Source: Thermoplasmata archaeon (GTDB taxonomy: Archaea > Thermoplasmatota > Thermoplasmata > Lutacidiplasmatales > UBA184). Taken from it: 64,000 nt of DNA. The DNA is taken from assembly GCA_027315455.1 (NCBI GenBank), contig DAHUXZ010000009.1:2714-66713 (forward strand), read 5' to 3'. The position numbers were made by a program, and so were the translations under genes. The stretch's first letter is position 1, and every line of letters begins with the position of its first letter. Below, one piece after another: positions 47,091 to 57,233 of this stretch. The notes beneath the pieces were generated by a model. The model was not told the DNA's origin. It did no database searches and saw only the letters and a program-made list of their open reading frames with translations.

Positions 47091-47900
47091 ATGTTCCGTC
47101 GTCGCACGGTCGCCGGTACCCTCGGGCTCGCGGTCCTTGCGGTCGCCCTGGTCGTGATGTCGCCCCTCGCCGCGGCCGCCGGTTCCGGCTACAACCTGAG
47201 CTACACCCGCGCCCCCGGGAGCACCTCCAACGCCAACATCGACCTCACCTCCGTCAGCTCGACGGATTCGGGCGGCGCGACGATCAGCGTGACGTTCCAG
47301 GTCTCCGGGCATCTCGTCCTGAACTCCGGTGACTACGTCTACTGGGTCTGGTTCGGCGGCTCCACCTCCTCCAACGCGACCGGCTACGCGTCCTTTTCGA
47401 ACAACACGACCGCGGGCCAGTGGTTCAGCAGCTCGGGCGGGGGGTACGGCTACGGGAGCGTCGTCTACTCGATCGGCGGCGGCGGCTCGTCGCTCACCTT
47501 CGCGATGAACAAGACCTCCGTCGGTCCGGACACGAGCTTCGGGGTGAACGTCGAATCGATCTACTCCACGTCCGCCGGCGCCGGCGGGATCAGCTGGCTC
47601 GGGACGAACTACCAGGGAGCCCTCAACTGCGGCCCGACCGGATGCACGGGCCCGGTCGTCAGCGCCGCGATGAGCGCGTTCTGGCTCTACGTCATCATCG
47701 GGGTCGTCCTCCTCGTCGTCATCGTGGTCGTCGTAGTGGTCGTCGTGGTCGTCGTCGGACGCCGCCGCCGGGCCCCGCCGATGGGCGGCGTGATGCCGCC
47801 CGCGATGGCGCCCCCGACGGGAGGTTACCCGGCCGCCTCGCCTCCGCCCCCTCCGCCCCCTCCACCGCCCCCCTCGCCTCCCGCGCCCGGGGCCCCGTAG
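47091..47900 (+). CDS. Single-pass membrane protein with extracellular Ser/Gly-rich domain and poly-Pro cytoplasmic tail
   Basis: Signal peptide, CGPTGC, very long Val-rich TM, RRRR, then an 11-proline run. Confidence 0.75.
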   Translation: MFRRRTVAGTLGLAVLAVALVVMSPLAAAAGSGYNLSYTRAPGSTSNANIDLTSVSSTDSGGATISVTFQVSGHLVLNSGDYVYWVWFGGSTSSNATGYASFSNNTTAGQWFSSSGGGYGYGSVVYSIGGGGSSLTFAMNKTSVGPDTSFGVNVESIYSTSAGAGGISWLGTNYQGALNCGPTGCTGPVVSAAMSAFWLYVIIGVVLLVVIVVVVVVVVVVVGRRRRAPPMGGVMPPAMAPPTGGYPAASPPPPPPPPPPPSPPAPGAP

Positions 47901-47968
47901 GGAAACCGTTTCCGACTCCGGCGGGAGCCGACACGGCTCCCGCCGGCCCGCCCCGTGCGGGGGGCGGG
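47901..47968. terminator. Three back-to-back inverted repeats, including a perfect 13-bp stem
   Basis: GGAAAC-C-GTTTCC; CCGGCGGGAGCCG-ACA-CGGCTCCCGCCGG; CCCGCCCC-GTGCGG-GGGGCGGG. Confidence 0.45.
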
Positions 47969-48032
47969 AACGGCCCGCGGGGACCGCGAAGGATTTTAGG
48001 TCCTCGACGTACGGGCGGCGAGGTTTCTCGAA

Positions 48033-49706
48033 ATGCAGCGCCATGACGTGGTCGTGGTCGGCGCCGGACTCGCCGGCCAGCGGGCGGCGCTGGCGGCCCT
48101 ACAGGCCGGTCGGGACGTCGCGATCGTCTCGAAGCTGCACCCGCTCCGCTCCCATTCGGGTGCCGCCCAGGGCGGGATCAACGCGGCCGTGGGCAAGGAG
48201 GACTCCGTCGAGACCCACATCTACGACACGGTCAAGGGGTCCGACTATCTGGGGGACCAGGACGCGATCGAGTTCTTCTGCAAGGAGGCCGGCCCGACGG
48301 TGGTCGAGATGGAACACTTCGGGACGATCTTCAGCCGGGCCGACGACGGCTCGCTCGCCCGCCGTCCCTTCGGCGGGGCCGGCTTTCCCCGGACGATCTA
48401 CGCCGCCGACCGGACGGGCCTCGCGCTCCTCCAGGCGCTCTGGGAGCACCTCGGCCAGGAGAACCTCACGCTCTACGAGGAGTGGGACCTCACGCGCATC
48501 GTCGTGGACGAGGGCCGGGCCCAGGGGATCGTCGCCTTCGACCGTCGGAGGGGGGACCTCGCCCAGATCGCCGCGAAGGCCGTCGTGATCGCGACCGGCC
48601 CCGCGGGCCGGATCTACGGGCGGACGACCAACGCCCACTCCTGCACCGGGGACGGCGTCGCCGCCGCGTACCGCGCGGGGGCCTTCCTCAAGGACATGGA
48701 GTTCGTCCAGTTCCATCCGACGGCCCTCCTCGAGTCGTCGATCCTCATCACCGAGGGCGCCCGCGGGGAGGGCGGCATCCTCAAGAACGCGAAGGGCGAG
48801 CGGTTCATGTCCCGCTACGCCCCCCATGTCCTCGACCTCGCCTCGCGGGACGTGGTCTCCCGGGCCATCTTCACCGAGGTCCGGGAGGGTCGCGGGTTTC
48901 CCGGCGACTATGTCCACCTCGAGCTGATGCATCTCGGCCGGGAGCGGATCGAGTCCCGGCTCCAGGAGATCTGCGACTTCTCCCGCAACTTCGCCGGCAT
49001 CGACCCGGTGACCGAGCCGATCCCGGTGATGCCGGCCCAGCACTACATGATGGGGGGCATCTCGACCAATGCCCGGGGCGAGACGAACATCCCCGGACTG
49101 TTCGCGGCCGGCGAGGCGGCGTGCGTCTCCATCCACGGGGCGAACCGGCTCGGCGGCAACTCGCTGCTCGAGACCCTCGTCTTCGGCAAGCAGGCCGGGA
49201 TCGCCGCGGCGGCCTACGCCGAAGGCGCTCCGACACCGGTCCTGCGCGCCGACGACCTCGACCGCGAAACGACGGCCGTTCGGGCGATGGGCGACCGGAC
49301 CGAGGGCGAGGAGCCTCAGCACCTGCGCATCGAGATGCAGCGGACGATGGATACCCTGGTCGGGATCTACCGCAATGCCGCGGAGCTGAAGCAGGCCCTC
49401 GCCCAGATCGTCGCCCTCAAGGTCCGCTACGAGAAGGTGCGGGTCGTCGACCGCGCGAAGACCTACAACATCAATCTCACCGACGCGCTCGAGACCGGGC
49501 ACATGCTCGCCCTCGCCGAGGTCATCGTCGCGGGGGCGATCGCCCGGACCGAGAGCCGGGGCGCGCACGCCCGCACCGACTTCCCGAAGCGGGACGATGC
49601 GAACTGGATGAAGCACACCCTGGCGGCGTACTCGCCGCAGGGCCCCCGCCTCTCCTACGGCCCGGTCGCCTACACGCGGTGGGAGCCGAAGGAGCGGGTG
49701 TACTGA
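48033..49706 (+). CDS. sdhA: Succinate dehydrogenase/fumarate reductase flavoprotein
   Basis: [16 protein letters not shown] (covalent FAD His), [36 protein letters not shown]. Confidence 0.95.
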   Translation: MQRHDVVVVGAGLAGQRAALAALQAGRDVAIVSKLHPLRSHSGAAQGGINAAVGKEDSVETHIYDTVKGSDYLGDQDAIEFFCKEAGPTVVEMEHFGTIFSRADDGSLARRPFGGAGFPRTIYAADRTGLALLQALWEHLGQENLTLYEEWDLTRIVVDEGRAQGIVAFDRRRGDLAQIAAKAVVIATGPAGRIYGRTTNAHSCTGDGVAAAYRAGAFLKDMEFVQFHPTALLESSILITEGARGEGGILKNAKGERFMSRYAPHVLDLASRDVVSRAIFTEVREGRGFPGDYVHLELMHLGRERIESRLQEICDFSRNFAGIDPVTEPIPVMPAQHYMMGGISTNARGETNIPGLFAAGEAACVSIHGANRLGGNSLLETLVFGKQAGIAAAAYAEGAPTPVLRADDLDRETTAVRAMGDRTEGEEPQHLRIEMQRTMDTLVGIYRNAAELKQALAQIVALKVRYEKVRVVDRAKTYNINLTDALETGHMLALAEVIVAGAIARTESRGAHARTDFPKRDDANWMKHTLAAYSPQGPRLSYGPVAYTRWEPKERVY

Positions 49707-50677
49707 TGTCCGGCGAGCTCATCTCCGTCCCGATCGACGTCTACCGCTTCGACCCGAGCCACGACTCGGCCCCCCGCTACCAGCGCTACACCCTCGAGCT
49801 CCCGCGCCACACCCCGGTGCTGAGCGCGCTGCTCAAGATCCGCACCGACCTCGACCCGTCGCTCTCGCTGCGCTACTCCTGCCGCAGCTCGATCTGCGGC
49901 TCGTGCGCGATGGTCATCAACTCGAAGAGCCGCCTCGCCTGCCAGACCCCGGTCGGCCCGGAGGTGGAGCGCCACGGCCGCATCGTCATCGACCCGATGC
50001 GGAACCTGCCCGTCCTCCGCGACCTGGTCGTCGAGATGGCGCCGTTCTGGGGCCGGTACCGCAAGCTCGAGCCCCACCTCATCCCGGACCCGAACCGCCC
50101 GATGCCCGTCGACCGGGAGAACCCCATGACCCCGGCCGAGGTCGAGCGGTTCAAGACGACCCCCCGCTGCATCGCCTGCGGGTCGTGCTACTCGGCGTGC
50201 CCGGCCGTCGAGCACGACCCGGAGTTCCCGGGCCCGATGGCGCTCGCCAAGCTCTACCGGTTCGTCGTCGACCCGCGGGACGGCGCGCGCCAGGACCGCC
50301 TCGTCCGCATCCAGGCGGAGGGCCTCTGGCTGTGCCTGCGCTGCCACCTCTGCACCGAGTCCTGTCCGAAGGAGGTCGAGCCGTCGGAGCGGATCCGTGA
50401 CCTCAAGGAGATGGCGATCGCCGTCCAGGGAGGGACGGAGCACGGCTCGCGCCACGCCGTCGGGTTCAAGGACAACATCCGCGAGCGCGGCATCCTCAAC
50501 GAGCTCAAGCTCGTCCGGCAGACCTACAACCCCCTGGAGGCGCTCGCCCAGCTCCCCCAGGGCCTCAAGATCGCCCGCAAGAAGCCCGAGACCCTCCACG
50601 CCCCGCGCAAGATCGAGGGGCAGGCCGAGGTCGAGGCGCTCTACGTGGCGCTCGACGATTCGAAGGAGACGCCGTGA
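49706..50677 (+). CDS. sdhB: Succinate dehydrogenase iron-sulfur subunit
   Basis: [42 protein letters not shown] overlap with sdhA. Confidence 0.93.
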   Translation: MSGELISVPIDVYRFDPSHDSAPRYQRYTLELPRHTPVLSALLKIRTDLDPSLSLRYSCRSSICGSCAMVINSKSRLACQTPVGPEVERHGRIVIDPMRNLPVLRDLVVEMAPFWGRYRKLEPHLIPDPNRPMPVDRENPMTPAEVERFKTTPRCIACGSCYSACPAVEHDPEFPGPMALAKLYRFVVDPRDGARQDRLVRIQAEGLWLCLRCHLCTESCPKEVEPSERIRDLKEMAIAVQGGTEHGSRHAVGFKDNIRERGILNELKLVRQTYNPLEALAQLPQGLKIARKKPETLHAPRKIEGQAEVEALYVALDDSKETP

Positions 50678-51561
50678 AGCTGGCTTACTACCCCGGGTGC
50701 GTCGCGCAGGAGTCCGGCCGCGAGCTCGACCAGTCGACGCGCTGGGTCGCCCAGCGCCTCGGGATCGAGCTGGTCGAGTTCCCGAGCTTCTCCTGCTGCG
50801 GCTCCGGCTTCGTCGACGAGGCCAACAGCACGCTCAACGTCGCCCTTAACGCCCGGAACCTCGCCCTCGCCGAGAAGGCCGGCCTCGACCTCCTCACGAT
50901 CTGCTCGACCTGCCAGGGGATGCTCTCGCTCGCCAACCATCGCCTCAAGGACCCCGCCGTCCGCGCCCGGGTCGACCCCGCGCTCGCGAAGATCGGCGTC
51001 GCCTACCGCGGGTCCGTCCGGGTCAAGCACCTGCTCGAGGTCGTGACGCGCGACCTCGGTGTAGACGCCATCGCGAAAAAGGTGACCCGCCCGCTGCGCG
51101 GGCTCAAGGTCGGCGCCTTCTACGGCTGCCATCTCCTGCGCCCCGCGGGCGAGGTCGGCGGCGAGAGCGGCGAGGAGCCGCGGTCCTTCGAGAACCTCAT
51201 CGCCGCCCTCGGGGCGACCCCCGTGCTCTACCGCGGCCGCGTGATGTGCTGCGGATTCCCGATCCTCTTCGTCCGCGAGGGGACGGCGAACCGCATCGCC
51301 GCGACGCAGATCGACGACGCGCGGGCCCATGGGGCCGACGCCCTCGCGACGCCCTGCCCGCTCTGCCACATCTCCCTCGACTCGTTCCAGAACAAGGCCG
51401 CGAAGGCGGTGGGGCACGCGCTCGACATGCCGATCTTCCACCTCCCCCAGCTGATCGGGCTCGCCCTCGGCGCCTCGCCGGAGGAGCTCGGGCTCCCCCG
51501 CCATCTCGTGGCCACCGACGCGGCGCTCGCCAAGATCGGCCAGGTCTCCGTCCCCGCGTAG
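50674..51561 (+). CDS. HdrB-like CCG-domain subunit (SdhE-type)
   Basis: YYPGC, SCCG, CSTC, FYGCHL, MCCG, CPLCH. Confidence 0.9.
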   Translation: MKLAYYPGCVAQESGRELDQSTRWVAQRLGIELVEFPSFSCCGSGFVDEANSTLNVALNARNLALAEKAGLDLLTICSTCQGMLSLANHRLKDPAVRARVDPALAKIGVAYRGSVRVKHLLEVVTRDLGVDAIAKKVTRPLRGLKVGAFYGCHLLRPAGEVGGESGEEPRSFENLIAALGATPVLYRGRVMCCGFPILFVREGTANRIAATQIDDARAHGADALATPCPLCHISLDSFQNKAAKAVGHALDMPIFHLPQLIGLALGASPEELGLPRHLVATDAALAKIGQVSVPA

Positions 51562-51568
51562 GGCCGAG

Positions 51569-52132
51569 ATGACGGACCTCGGCGCGATCGCCCCGGGGCT
51601 CCTCGTGCTCGGGCTCGTCGCGGTCGTGGTGGCGATCCGGTCGATCCGGATGGCGCGGGGCGCCCCCGTCAGCGGGGCGCGGCTTTTCGCCTACGGCGCG
51701 GTCTACGTCCTCCTCCTCGCGTTCGTCCTGCTCGCCGACGCGGCGTGGCGGCCCGTCTACGGGTACGCGCTCGACGCCCTCGCCCTCGGGGCCGCGTTCG
51801 CGCTGTCGGTCCCCTACGTCGCCGGGCGCGTCGCGCTCTCTCGGCGCGCGGACGGGCAGTGGGTCTACCGGCTCGGCTGGTCGCTCCCCGTCATCTACCT
51901 CGCCCTCTTCTTCGCCCGGTTCGCCCTGGACCTCCTCGTCCTCGGGCCGTCGGCCTACGCGGGCGCGCCCGTCGCCTCCCCCTCCGCGCTCCCGCCGGGG
52001 TCGGTCGACGCCCTCCTCCTCGTCGATGCGCTCTTCTCGGCGAGCGCGGGGCTCCTCCTCGGACGGAACGTCGCCGTCTACCTCGCCTACCGCCGGCGAT
52101 CGGCCGCCGCGCCGCCGACCGCCAATCCTTAA
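51569..52132 (+). CDS. Integral membrane protein (CcdC/DUF1453-like)
   Basis: About five hydrophobic helices; DGQWVYR..W.....YL.LF.AR pattern. Confidence 0.65.
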   Translation: MTDLGAIAPGLLVLGLVAVVVAIRSIRMARGAPVSGARLFAYGAVYVLLLAFVLLADAAWRPVYGYALDALALGAAFALSVPYVAGRVALSRRADGQWVYRLGWSLPVIYLALFFARFALDLLVLGPSAYAGAPVASPSALPPGSVDALLLVDALFSASAGLLLGRNVAVYLAYRRRSAAAPPTANP

Positions 52133-52155
52133 GCCGAACCGTCGTGGCCGTTCCG

Positions 52156-52881
52156 ATGGAGCCCGCGGCGGCGGCCGGCCCCGGGGGGCCGGACGCCACG
52201 GTGGACGACGAGCTCGGCGGGAGCGACCTCGGCCGGATCATCGCGCTGAGCGACGGGATCTTCGCCTTCGCGATGACCCTCCTTGCCCTCAGCCTGACGG
52301 TGCCGGTCTTCCGCAACGCCCAGGGGGTGCCGCTCGACCCGGGCACGATCCCCTCCCCAGAGCTCGCCCACGCGCTCCTCGGCGAGGGGTCGGCGTTCCT
52401 CACCTACGCCTTCGGGTTCTTCATCATCGCGTTCTGGTGGGAGGCCCACCATCGGATCTTCGCGCATGTCCACCGCTGGGACCGGCGGGTCCTTTCCTTC
52501 AACCTCGCCTTCCTGCTGATGATCGCGGTGACGCCGTTCCTCGTGAGCCTCTACGCCCAGTTCGGCGCCGACCAGGCCGCGCTCGTCCTCTATGCCGGGG
52601 CCCAGGGCCTCGGCGGGCTCGTGCTGGCCGCCCTCTGGGAGCACGCGACCCGCGCGCCCGGGCTCACCGGACCCGACCTCCCCGGGACCCTCGTCGCGCG
52701 CTACCGGGCCCGCCTATTCGGCAGCTCGGCGATCTTCGGCGCCTCGATCCTCGTGTCGTTCGTGAACGTCCGGGCGGCCGAGTTCGTCTGGCTGACGGTC
52801 TTCTTCCTCGGCTGGCTCCAGACGACCCGCCTACGGCGCTCGCGCGGGCGGACCCGCCCGACCGCGGTCAGCCGGGCGTAG
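52156..52881 (+). CDS. TMEM175-family potassium channel
   Basis: RIIALSDGIFAFAMTLL, W..HH..F, NL.FL..I...PF. Confidence 0.88.
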   Translation: MEPAAAAGPGGPDATVDDELGGSDLGRIIALSDGIFAFAMTLLALSLTVPVFRNAQGVPLDPGTIPSPELAHALLGEGSAFLTYAFGFFIIAFWWEAHHRIFAHVHRWDRRVLSFNLAFLLMIAVTPFLVSLYAQFGADQAALVLYAGAQGLGGLVLAALWEHATRAPGLTGPDLPGTLVARYRARLFGSSAIFGASILVSFVNVRAAEFVWLTVFFLGWLQTTRLRRSRGRTRPTAVSRA

Positions 52882-53146
52882 CGTTCTCGCCGGCCCGGGC
52901 GGCCGCGATCAGCTCGCGCGCCCCGGCGCCCTTCGTCACGTGGAGATGCAGCGCGTCGCACATCCCGCGGAAGTAGGCTTCTCCGCTTCCCCGCGCGTAG
53001 GTCTCGGCGAGATCCTCGGCCAGACGGTCCTCGGGGTGCGACGGGTCGACCCGCGGGCTGAACATGCAGCGGAAGACGAGGAACCGCTCCCCCTCGAGGT
53101 CGATCCGCGCCGTCTCGGGGGCGCCGCAGAACGGGCAGGCGAGCAC
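52868..53146 (-). CDS. Small Cys/His-containing hypothetical protein
   Basis: CPFCG...FRCMF...MCDALH; good codon usage. Confidence 0.6.
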   Translation of the reverse strand: MLACPFCGAPETARIDLEGERFLVFRCMFSPRVDPSHPEDRLAEDLAETYARGSGEAYFRGMCDALHLHVTKGAGARELIAAARAGENATPG

Positions 53147-53187
53147 GTCCGGGGCGACGGGGAACGGCAGGATAACGGTGACGGCGC

Positions 53188-53436
53188 TCAGTCGATGTAG
53201 CCGAGCGAGCGCAGCTGGTCCTTGAGGCGCCGCTCGTCCTCCTCGGAGAACGGGGTGCCGTCGGTGCGGTCGAGGAGGCGGGCGAGGACGTAGGCGACGA
53301 ACGCGTCGAGGGTCGGGAACGCGCTCGACCGCAGGCGCTCCTCGAGGCGCCGGGCGGTCTCCTCGGGGATCACGAGGCGCCGCTCGGAGGCCCCCTCGGT
53401 CGGCGGGGGGGCCGCCGGTAAAGGCTCGTCGGTCAT
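53188..53436 (-). CDS. Small CopG/RHH-like protein ending in LRSLGYID
   Basis: LVIPEE....L......F...DAFVAYVL..., EEDE..LKDQLRSLGYID. ATGA overlap with the guaA stop. Confidence 0.75.
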   Translation of the reverse strand: MTDEPLPAAPPPTEGASERRLVIPEETARRLEERLRSSAFPTLDAFVAYVLARLLDRTDGTPFSEEDERRLKDQLRSLGYID

Positions 53437-54380
53437 TCCCACTCGATCGTCGCGGGCGGCTTGTCGGTCACGTCGTAGAGGACCCGGGTCACCGTGCCAA
53501 AGAGGGCGCGGGTGATCCGCTCGGCGATCGTGCGGAGGAGCTCGGGGGGCACGGCCATCGCCGTCGCGGTCATCGCGTCGACCGACTCGACGATACGCAC
53601 GCTCACCGCCTCGCCCGCGACGCGGTTGTCGCCCATCACGCCGACCGTCGCGACCGGCAGCAGGACCGCGAAGTACTGCCAGGGGCGCGGGATCTGGCTC
53701 CGGGCGATCGCGCGCTCGACCTCCTCCTCGACGATCGCGTTCGCGACCCGGGCGCGCGCGACGCGCTCCCGGGAGACCGGCCCCGCGACCCGCACGGCGA
53801 GGCCCGGGCCGGGGAACGGCTGGCGCTCGGGCTCGGGGACCTTGAGGTGGTGCGCGAGCTGGCGCACCTCGTCCTTGTAGAGGTCGCGCAGCGGCTCGAC
53901 GATCTTCAGGGTGAGGTCCGCCGGCAGGCCGCCGACGTTGTGGTGGGTCTTGATCGTGTCCCGCAGTTGGCCGCCGCTCTCGATCCAGTCCGGGGCGATG
54001 GTGCCCTGGATGAGGGTGTCGGCCCCGCTGCGCGCGGCCTCCTCCTCGAAGAGGCGGACGAACGCCGTCCCGATCCGGCGGCGCTTCTCCTCCGGGTCGG
54101 TGACGTCATGCAGGGCGGACAGGAAGCGGTCCTCCGCGGAGAGGACCTCGAAGGACAGGCGGCTCGCCCGGAAGAACGCGCCGACCCGCTCGACCTCGCC
54201 CTGCCGCAGCAGGCCGGTGTCGACGAACAGCGCGCGGGCGCGATCCCCGATCGCCTCCTGGACGAGGAGGGCCGCCACCGTGCTGTCGATCCCCCCGCTC
54301 GCGGCGACGATCGCGCGACCGGGTACGTCGGCGCGGAGCCGGCGGATGGCCTCGACACGGAACGTTTCGGCGTCCCTCAC
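53433..54380 (-). CDS. guaAB: GMP synthase subunit B (ATP pyrophosphatase)
   Basis: ASGGIDS, DTGLLR, DPEEKR, QGTIAPDWIES, IKTHHNVGG, PFPGPGLA, KPPATIEWE. Confidence 0.95.
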   Translation of the reverse strand: MRDAETFRVEAIRRLRADVPGRAIVAASGGIDSTVAALLVQEAIGDRARALFVDTGLLRQGEVERVGAFFRASRLSFEVLSAEDRFLSALHDVTDPEEKRRRIGTAFVRLFEEEAARSGADTLIQGTIAPDWIESGGQLRDTIKTHHNVGGLPADLTLKIVEPLRDLYKDEVRQLAHHLKVPEPERQPFPGPGLAVRVAGPVSRERVARARVANAIVEEEVERAIARSQIPRPWQYFAVLLPVATVGVMGDNRVAGEAVSVRIVESVDAMTATAMAVPPELLRTIAERITRALFGTVTRVLYDVTDKPPATIEWE

Positions 54381-54835
54381 GGGGACCCCGCGGGGGCCGA
54401 CGGTTCCTCGTGCCAGCGGCGCCGGTACGCCTCAAGGCGCGGGACGAGCTCGGGATACTTGAGCGCCAGGATCTCCGTCGCGAGCAGTGCCGCGTTCTCG
54501 GCGGCGTCGAGCCCGACGGCGGCGACGGGGACCCCGGGCGGCATCTGCACGACGCTCAGGAGGCTGTCGAGGCCGAGGCCGCGGTGGAGCGGGACGCCGA
54601 TCACCGGCTTGAGGGTGCGCGCCGCGACGCTCCCGGGAAGGGCGGCGGAGAGGCCGGCCATCGCCACGAAGACGTCGGTCGCCGGGTCGGCGGCGAGGCG
54701 GTCGACCTTCTCCGGCGTGCGGTGGGCGGAGGCGACGTGGACCTCGCACGCGACACCGAATTCGGTCAGGCGCGTGCGGACCTTCTCGGCGACCTCGAGG
54801 TCCGACTTGCTCCCGACGAGGACGGCCACCTTCAT
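54377..54835 (-). CDS. purE: N5-CAIR mutase / AIR carboxylase
   Basis: GSKSDL, SAHRTP, AGLSAALPG, PVIGVP, VQMPPGVPVA, NAA. Confidence 0.95.
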   Translation of the reverse strand: MKVAVLVGSKSDLEVAEKVRTRLTEFGVACEVHVASAHRTPEKVDRLAADPATDVFVAMAGLSAALPGSVAARTLKPVIGVPLHRGLGLDSLLSVVQMPPGVPVAAVGLDAAENAALLATEILALKYPELVPRLEAYRRRWHEEPSAPAGSP

Positions 54836-54907
54836 GGTCCGTGGGAGGAGCGCAGGGAAAAAAGGATTCCCGGGCCGGCCCAAAGGCTCACTACCCGGGG
54901 CGGCTCC

Positions 54908-55579
54908 GTGCCGCCGGTGACGATCCGTCTCCACCGCGGCGGCCGGTGGCGGTCGTGGCTCGGCCGACGGCTCGGCGGCGACGCGGCGCTCGGCGACCGC
55001 GTCTGGCGCCGCTGCCTCCACTTCGCCGGCGCGTCCGTCCTCCTGTACTACCTCCTCCCGCCCGGCGCCTTCCTCGTCGTCCCGACGACGACGGTCCTGC
55101 TCGCCGCGCTCGCGGCCGTCCTGGTCCTCGAGGCGCTCCGGCTCGCCGCCGGTCTCGAGCTGCCGACGATCCGGCCGTACGAGCGGCGGCGCCTCGCGAG
55201 CTACGCCTACTACGCCGTCGGCCTCACGCTCGCCGTCCTCCTCTTCCCGAGGCCGATCGCCGTCGCCGTGGTGCTCGGCACGGCGCTCGTCGACCCGCTC
55301 ATCGGGGAGCTGCGGCTGAGCGGGCGGTGGCGGCCGCTCTACCCGGCCCTTCCGGTCGCCGTCTGGGCCGTGCTCGGCTTCGCCGCGTTCCTTCTCGTCG
55401 GCGCCTGGACCATCCCGGCGGCGGCCATCGCGGCCCTCGCCGGCGCCGGGCTCGCCGTCGCCGCGGAGCGCCCGCGCATGGCCGGCATCGACGACGACCT
55501 CGTCATGACCCTCGTCCCGGCGCTCGCGCTCACGGGCCTCCTCCTCGTCGTCCCGGGGTTCCCCGGGCTCGCCGGATAG
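54908..55579 (+). CDS. Dolichol/phytol kinase-like membrane protein
   Basis: RRCLHF, LEALR, R.YE, DPLIGE, IDDDL; multiple TM helices. Confidence 0.7.
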   Translation: MPPVTIRLHRGGRWRSWLGRRLGGDAALGDRVWRRCLHFAGASVLLYYLLPPGAFLVVPTTTVLLAALAAVLVLEALRLAAGLELPTIRPYERRRLASYAYYAVGLTLAVLLFPRPIAVAVVLGTALVDPLIGELRLSGRWRPLYPALPVAVWAVLGFAAFLLVGAWTIPAAAIAALAGAGLAVAAERPRMAGIDDDLVMTLVPALALTGLLLVVPGFPGLAG

Positions 55580-55585
55580 ACGGCC

Positions 55586-57130
55586 TCAGACGATCGGGGT
55601 CAGGCGCGCGTGGGGGGCGCCCTTCTCCGGGTCGTAGGAGATCGAGTAGATGGTCGTCCGCGGCCGGATCCCGTAGATGCACGGGGCGTTGTCGATGTTG
55701 ATGATCCGGAAGTACGTGTCCATCATGTTCAGGATCTCGCTGGACACGAGCAGCCCGGGCTTGAGGAGGCCGATGCCGAGGTTGCCGACGAGCTTCGTCC
55801 GCTGGACCCCGTGGAAGTACATCCGGATCGCCACCTGGTCGCCCATCAGGCTCTCGAGGGTGTCGAACGCGGTGTACTCGAGGAACGGCTTCTGCTCGGG
55901 GCCGCGGGCCGCCTTCTCGGCGGTGACCATCGCGCGCATCGCCTCGTCCCGGCCGAAGCGGGCCATCGGGACGATGTAGCTCTGCTCGGTCTCGTTCGCG
56001 GTGTAGTCGGCGATGCGGACGCGGGTGTCGAAGACGTTGGGCGGGGTATGGCGCACGAGGGTCTCCCTGAGCTTCTCGTGCGACTCGCCCGCCGCGAGGA
56101 CGGCGATGATCCCGCGCGACTGGGTCAGGAAGTTGAGCAGCGTCGGCGTGAAGAGCATGTAGTAGTCGTCGATCCCGACGTTGACGTCGACCTCGAAGGC
56201 GTTGAAGCTCCCCCGGCGGAACCCCCCGCCGAGGAGGGCATCGAAGTCGGGGATCCCCGAGGAGTAGAAGCGGTCCGGGTCGGCGATCGGCTTCCACTGC
56301 GGCGGGTTGGCCGAGGGCGAGGTCGTGACGGGGACGCCGAGCGCCTCGAACCGTCCGCCGTTGAGCGTCACCGCGTAGCGCGGGCGCTGGATGTGGGTCG
56401 CGCGGAGCTTTTCCAGGCGCATGTGGCGCACGCGCCGCTCGTCGAGCTCCTCGCGCTGGATCGACAAGAGGCCGTCGACGAGGTACTCGATCCCGCCCGC
56501 CTCGGGCTTCTCGAGGATCATGACCACGTTGGTGTTCGACGCCTCCACGAGGTCCTTCTGGAGGGCCATCACGAACTCCTCCATCTCGAGACCGTACTTG
56601 TGGGTCACACCCTCGAGGGAGTCGATGACGAGGAGCGACTTCTCCGGCAGCGCCTGTTCGATGCGGTTGTAGACGTTCTCGACCTCCGGCATCGGGTTGC
56701 GCTTGAGCAGCGCCGTGAGGTGCGTACGGTCGACGCGCGTGGGGGGGCCGCGCTCGTCGGCGAACGTCCGCATCATCTCCCGGGCGGCCTGGATCTTCTT
56801 CTTCTCGACCTCGGGAAGATCCGGGGCGACGTTCCGGGTCGAGGCGTTGACCGCGTCGAGGAAGAGCTTGCCCGCATCGAGGATGCGCGCGCGCATCTCG
56901 CTGGCCTTGAGCCAGGGGAACTGGCGGTAGAGCGCCTCGTCGCCGACGCGGGTCGAGAGGTAGTAGGACTGCTGGGGCCGCCCGATCCGTTCGAGCAGCT
57001 CGAGCCCGAAGGTCGTCTTGCCGGTACCGGCGCCGCCCTTCACGATGAGGGAGCGGCCGCCGCGGCCGCTCAGGAAGGTGATGACCTCCGTCGGGACGCC
57101 GCCCGGAGCGGCCCCGTTGTTCTCGGTCAC
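55586..57130 (-). CDS. GvpD/KaiC-like RecA-fold ATPase (active N domain plus degenerate second domain)
   Basis: KGGAGTGKTT, YLSTR, LVIDS, YLVDG, LEKLR. Second domain SSGIPDFDALLGGG lacks Walker A. GTG start after GGAGG. Confidence 0.82.
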   Translation of the reverse strand: MTENNGAAPGGVPTEVITFLSGRGGRSLIVKGGAGTGKTTFGLELLERIGRPQQSYYLSTRVGDEALYRQFPWLKASEMRARILDAGKLFLDAVNASTRNVAPDLPEVEKKKIQAAREMMRTFADERGPPTRVDRTHLTALLKRNPMPEVENVYNRIEQALPEKSLLVIDSLEGVTHKYGLEMEEFVMALQKDLVEASNTNVVMILEKPEAGGIEYLVDGLLSIQREELDERRVRHMRLEKLRATHIQRPRYAVTLNGGRFEALGVPVTTSPSANPPQWKPIADPDRFYSSGIPDFDALLGGGFRRGSFNAFEVDVNVGIDDYYMLFTPTLLNFLTQSRGIIAVLAAGESHEKLRETLVRHTPPNVFDTRVRIADYTANETEQSYIVPMARFGRDEAMRAMVTAEKAARGPEQKPFLEYTAFDTLESLMGDQVAIRMYFHGVQRTKLVGNLGIGLLKPGLLVSSEILNMMDTYFRIINIDNAPCIYGIRPRTTIYSISYDPEKGAPHARLTPIV

Positions 57131-57233
57131 GCGATTTCCTCCGGACGAGCGCCGGTGGCTGTCGCACCGCTCATTGACCAATACCGACAAGCAAGATGGG
57201 AGGGTCCTGAAGGTAAAGCTTTCGCCGGGACCG

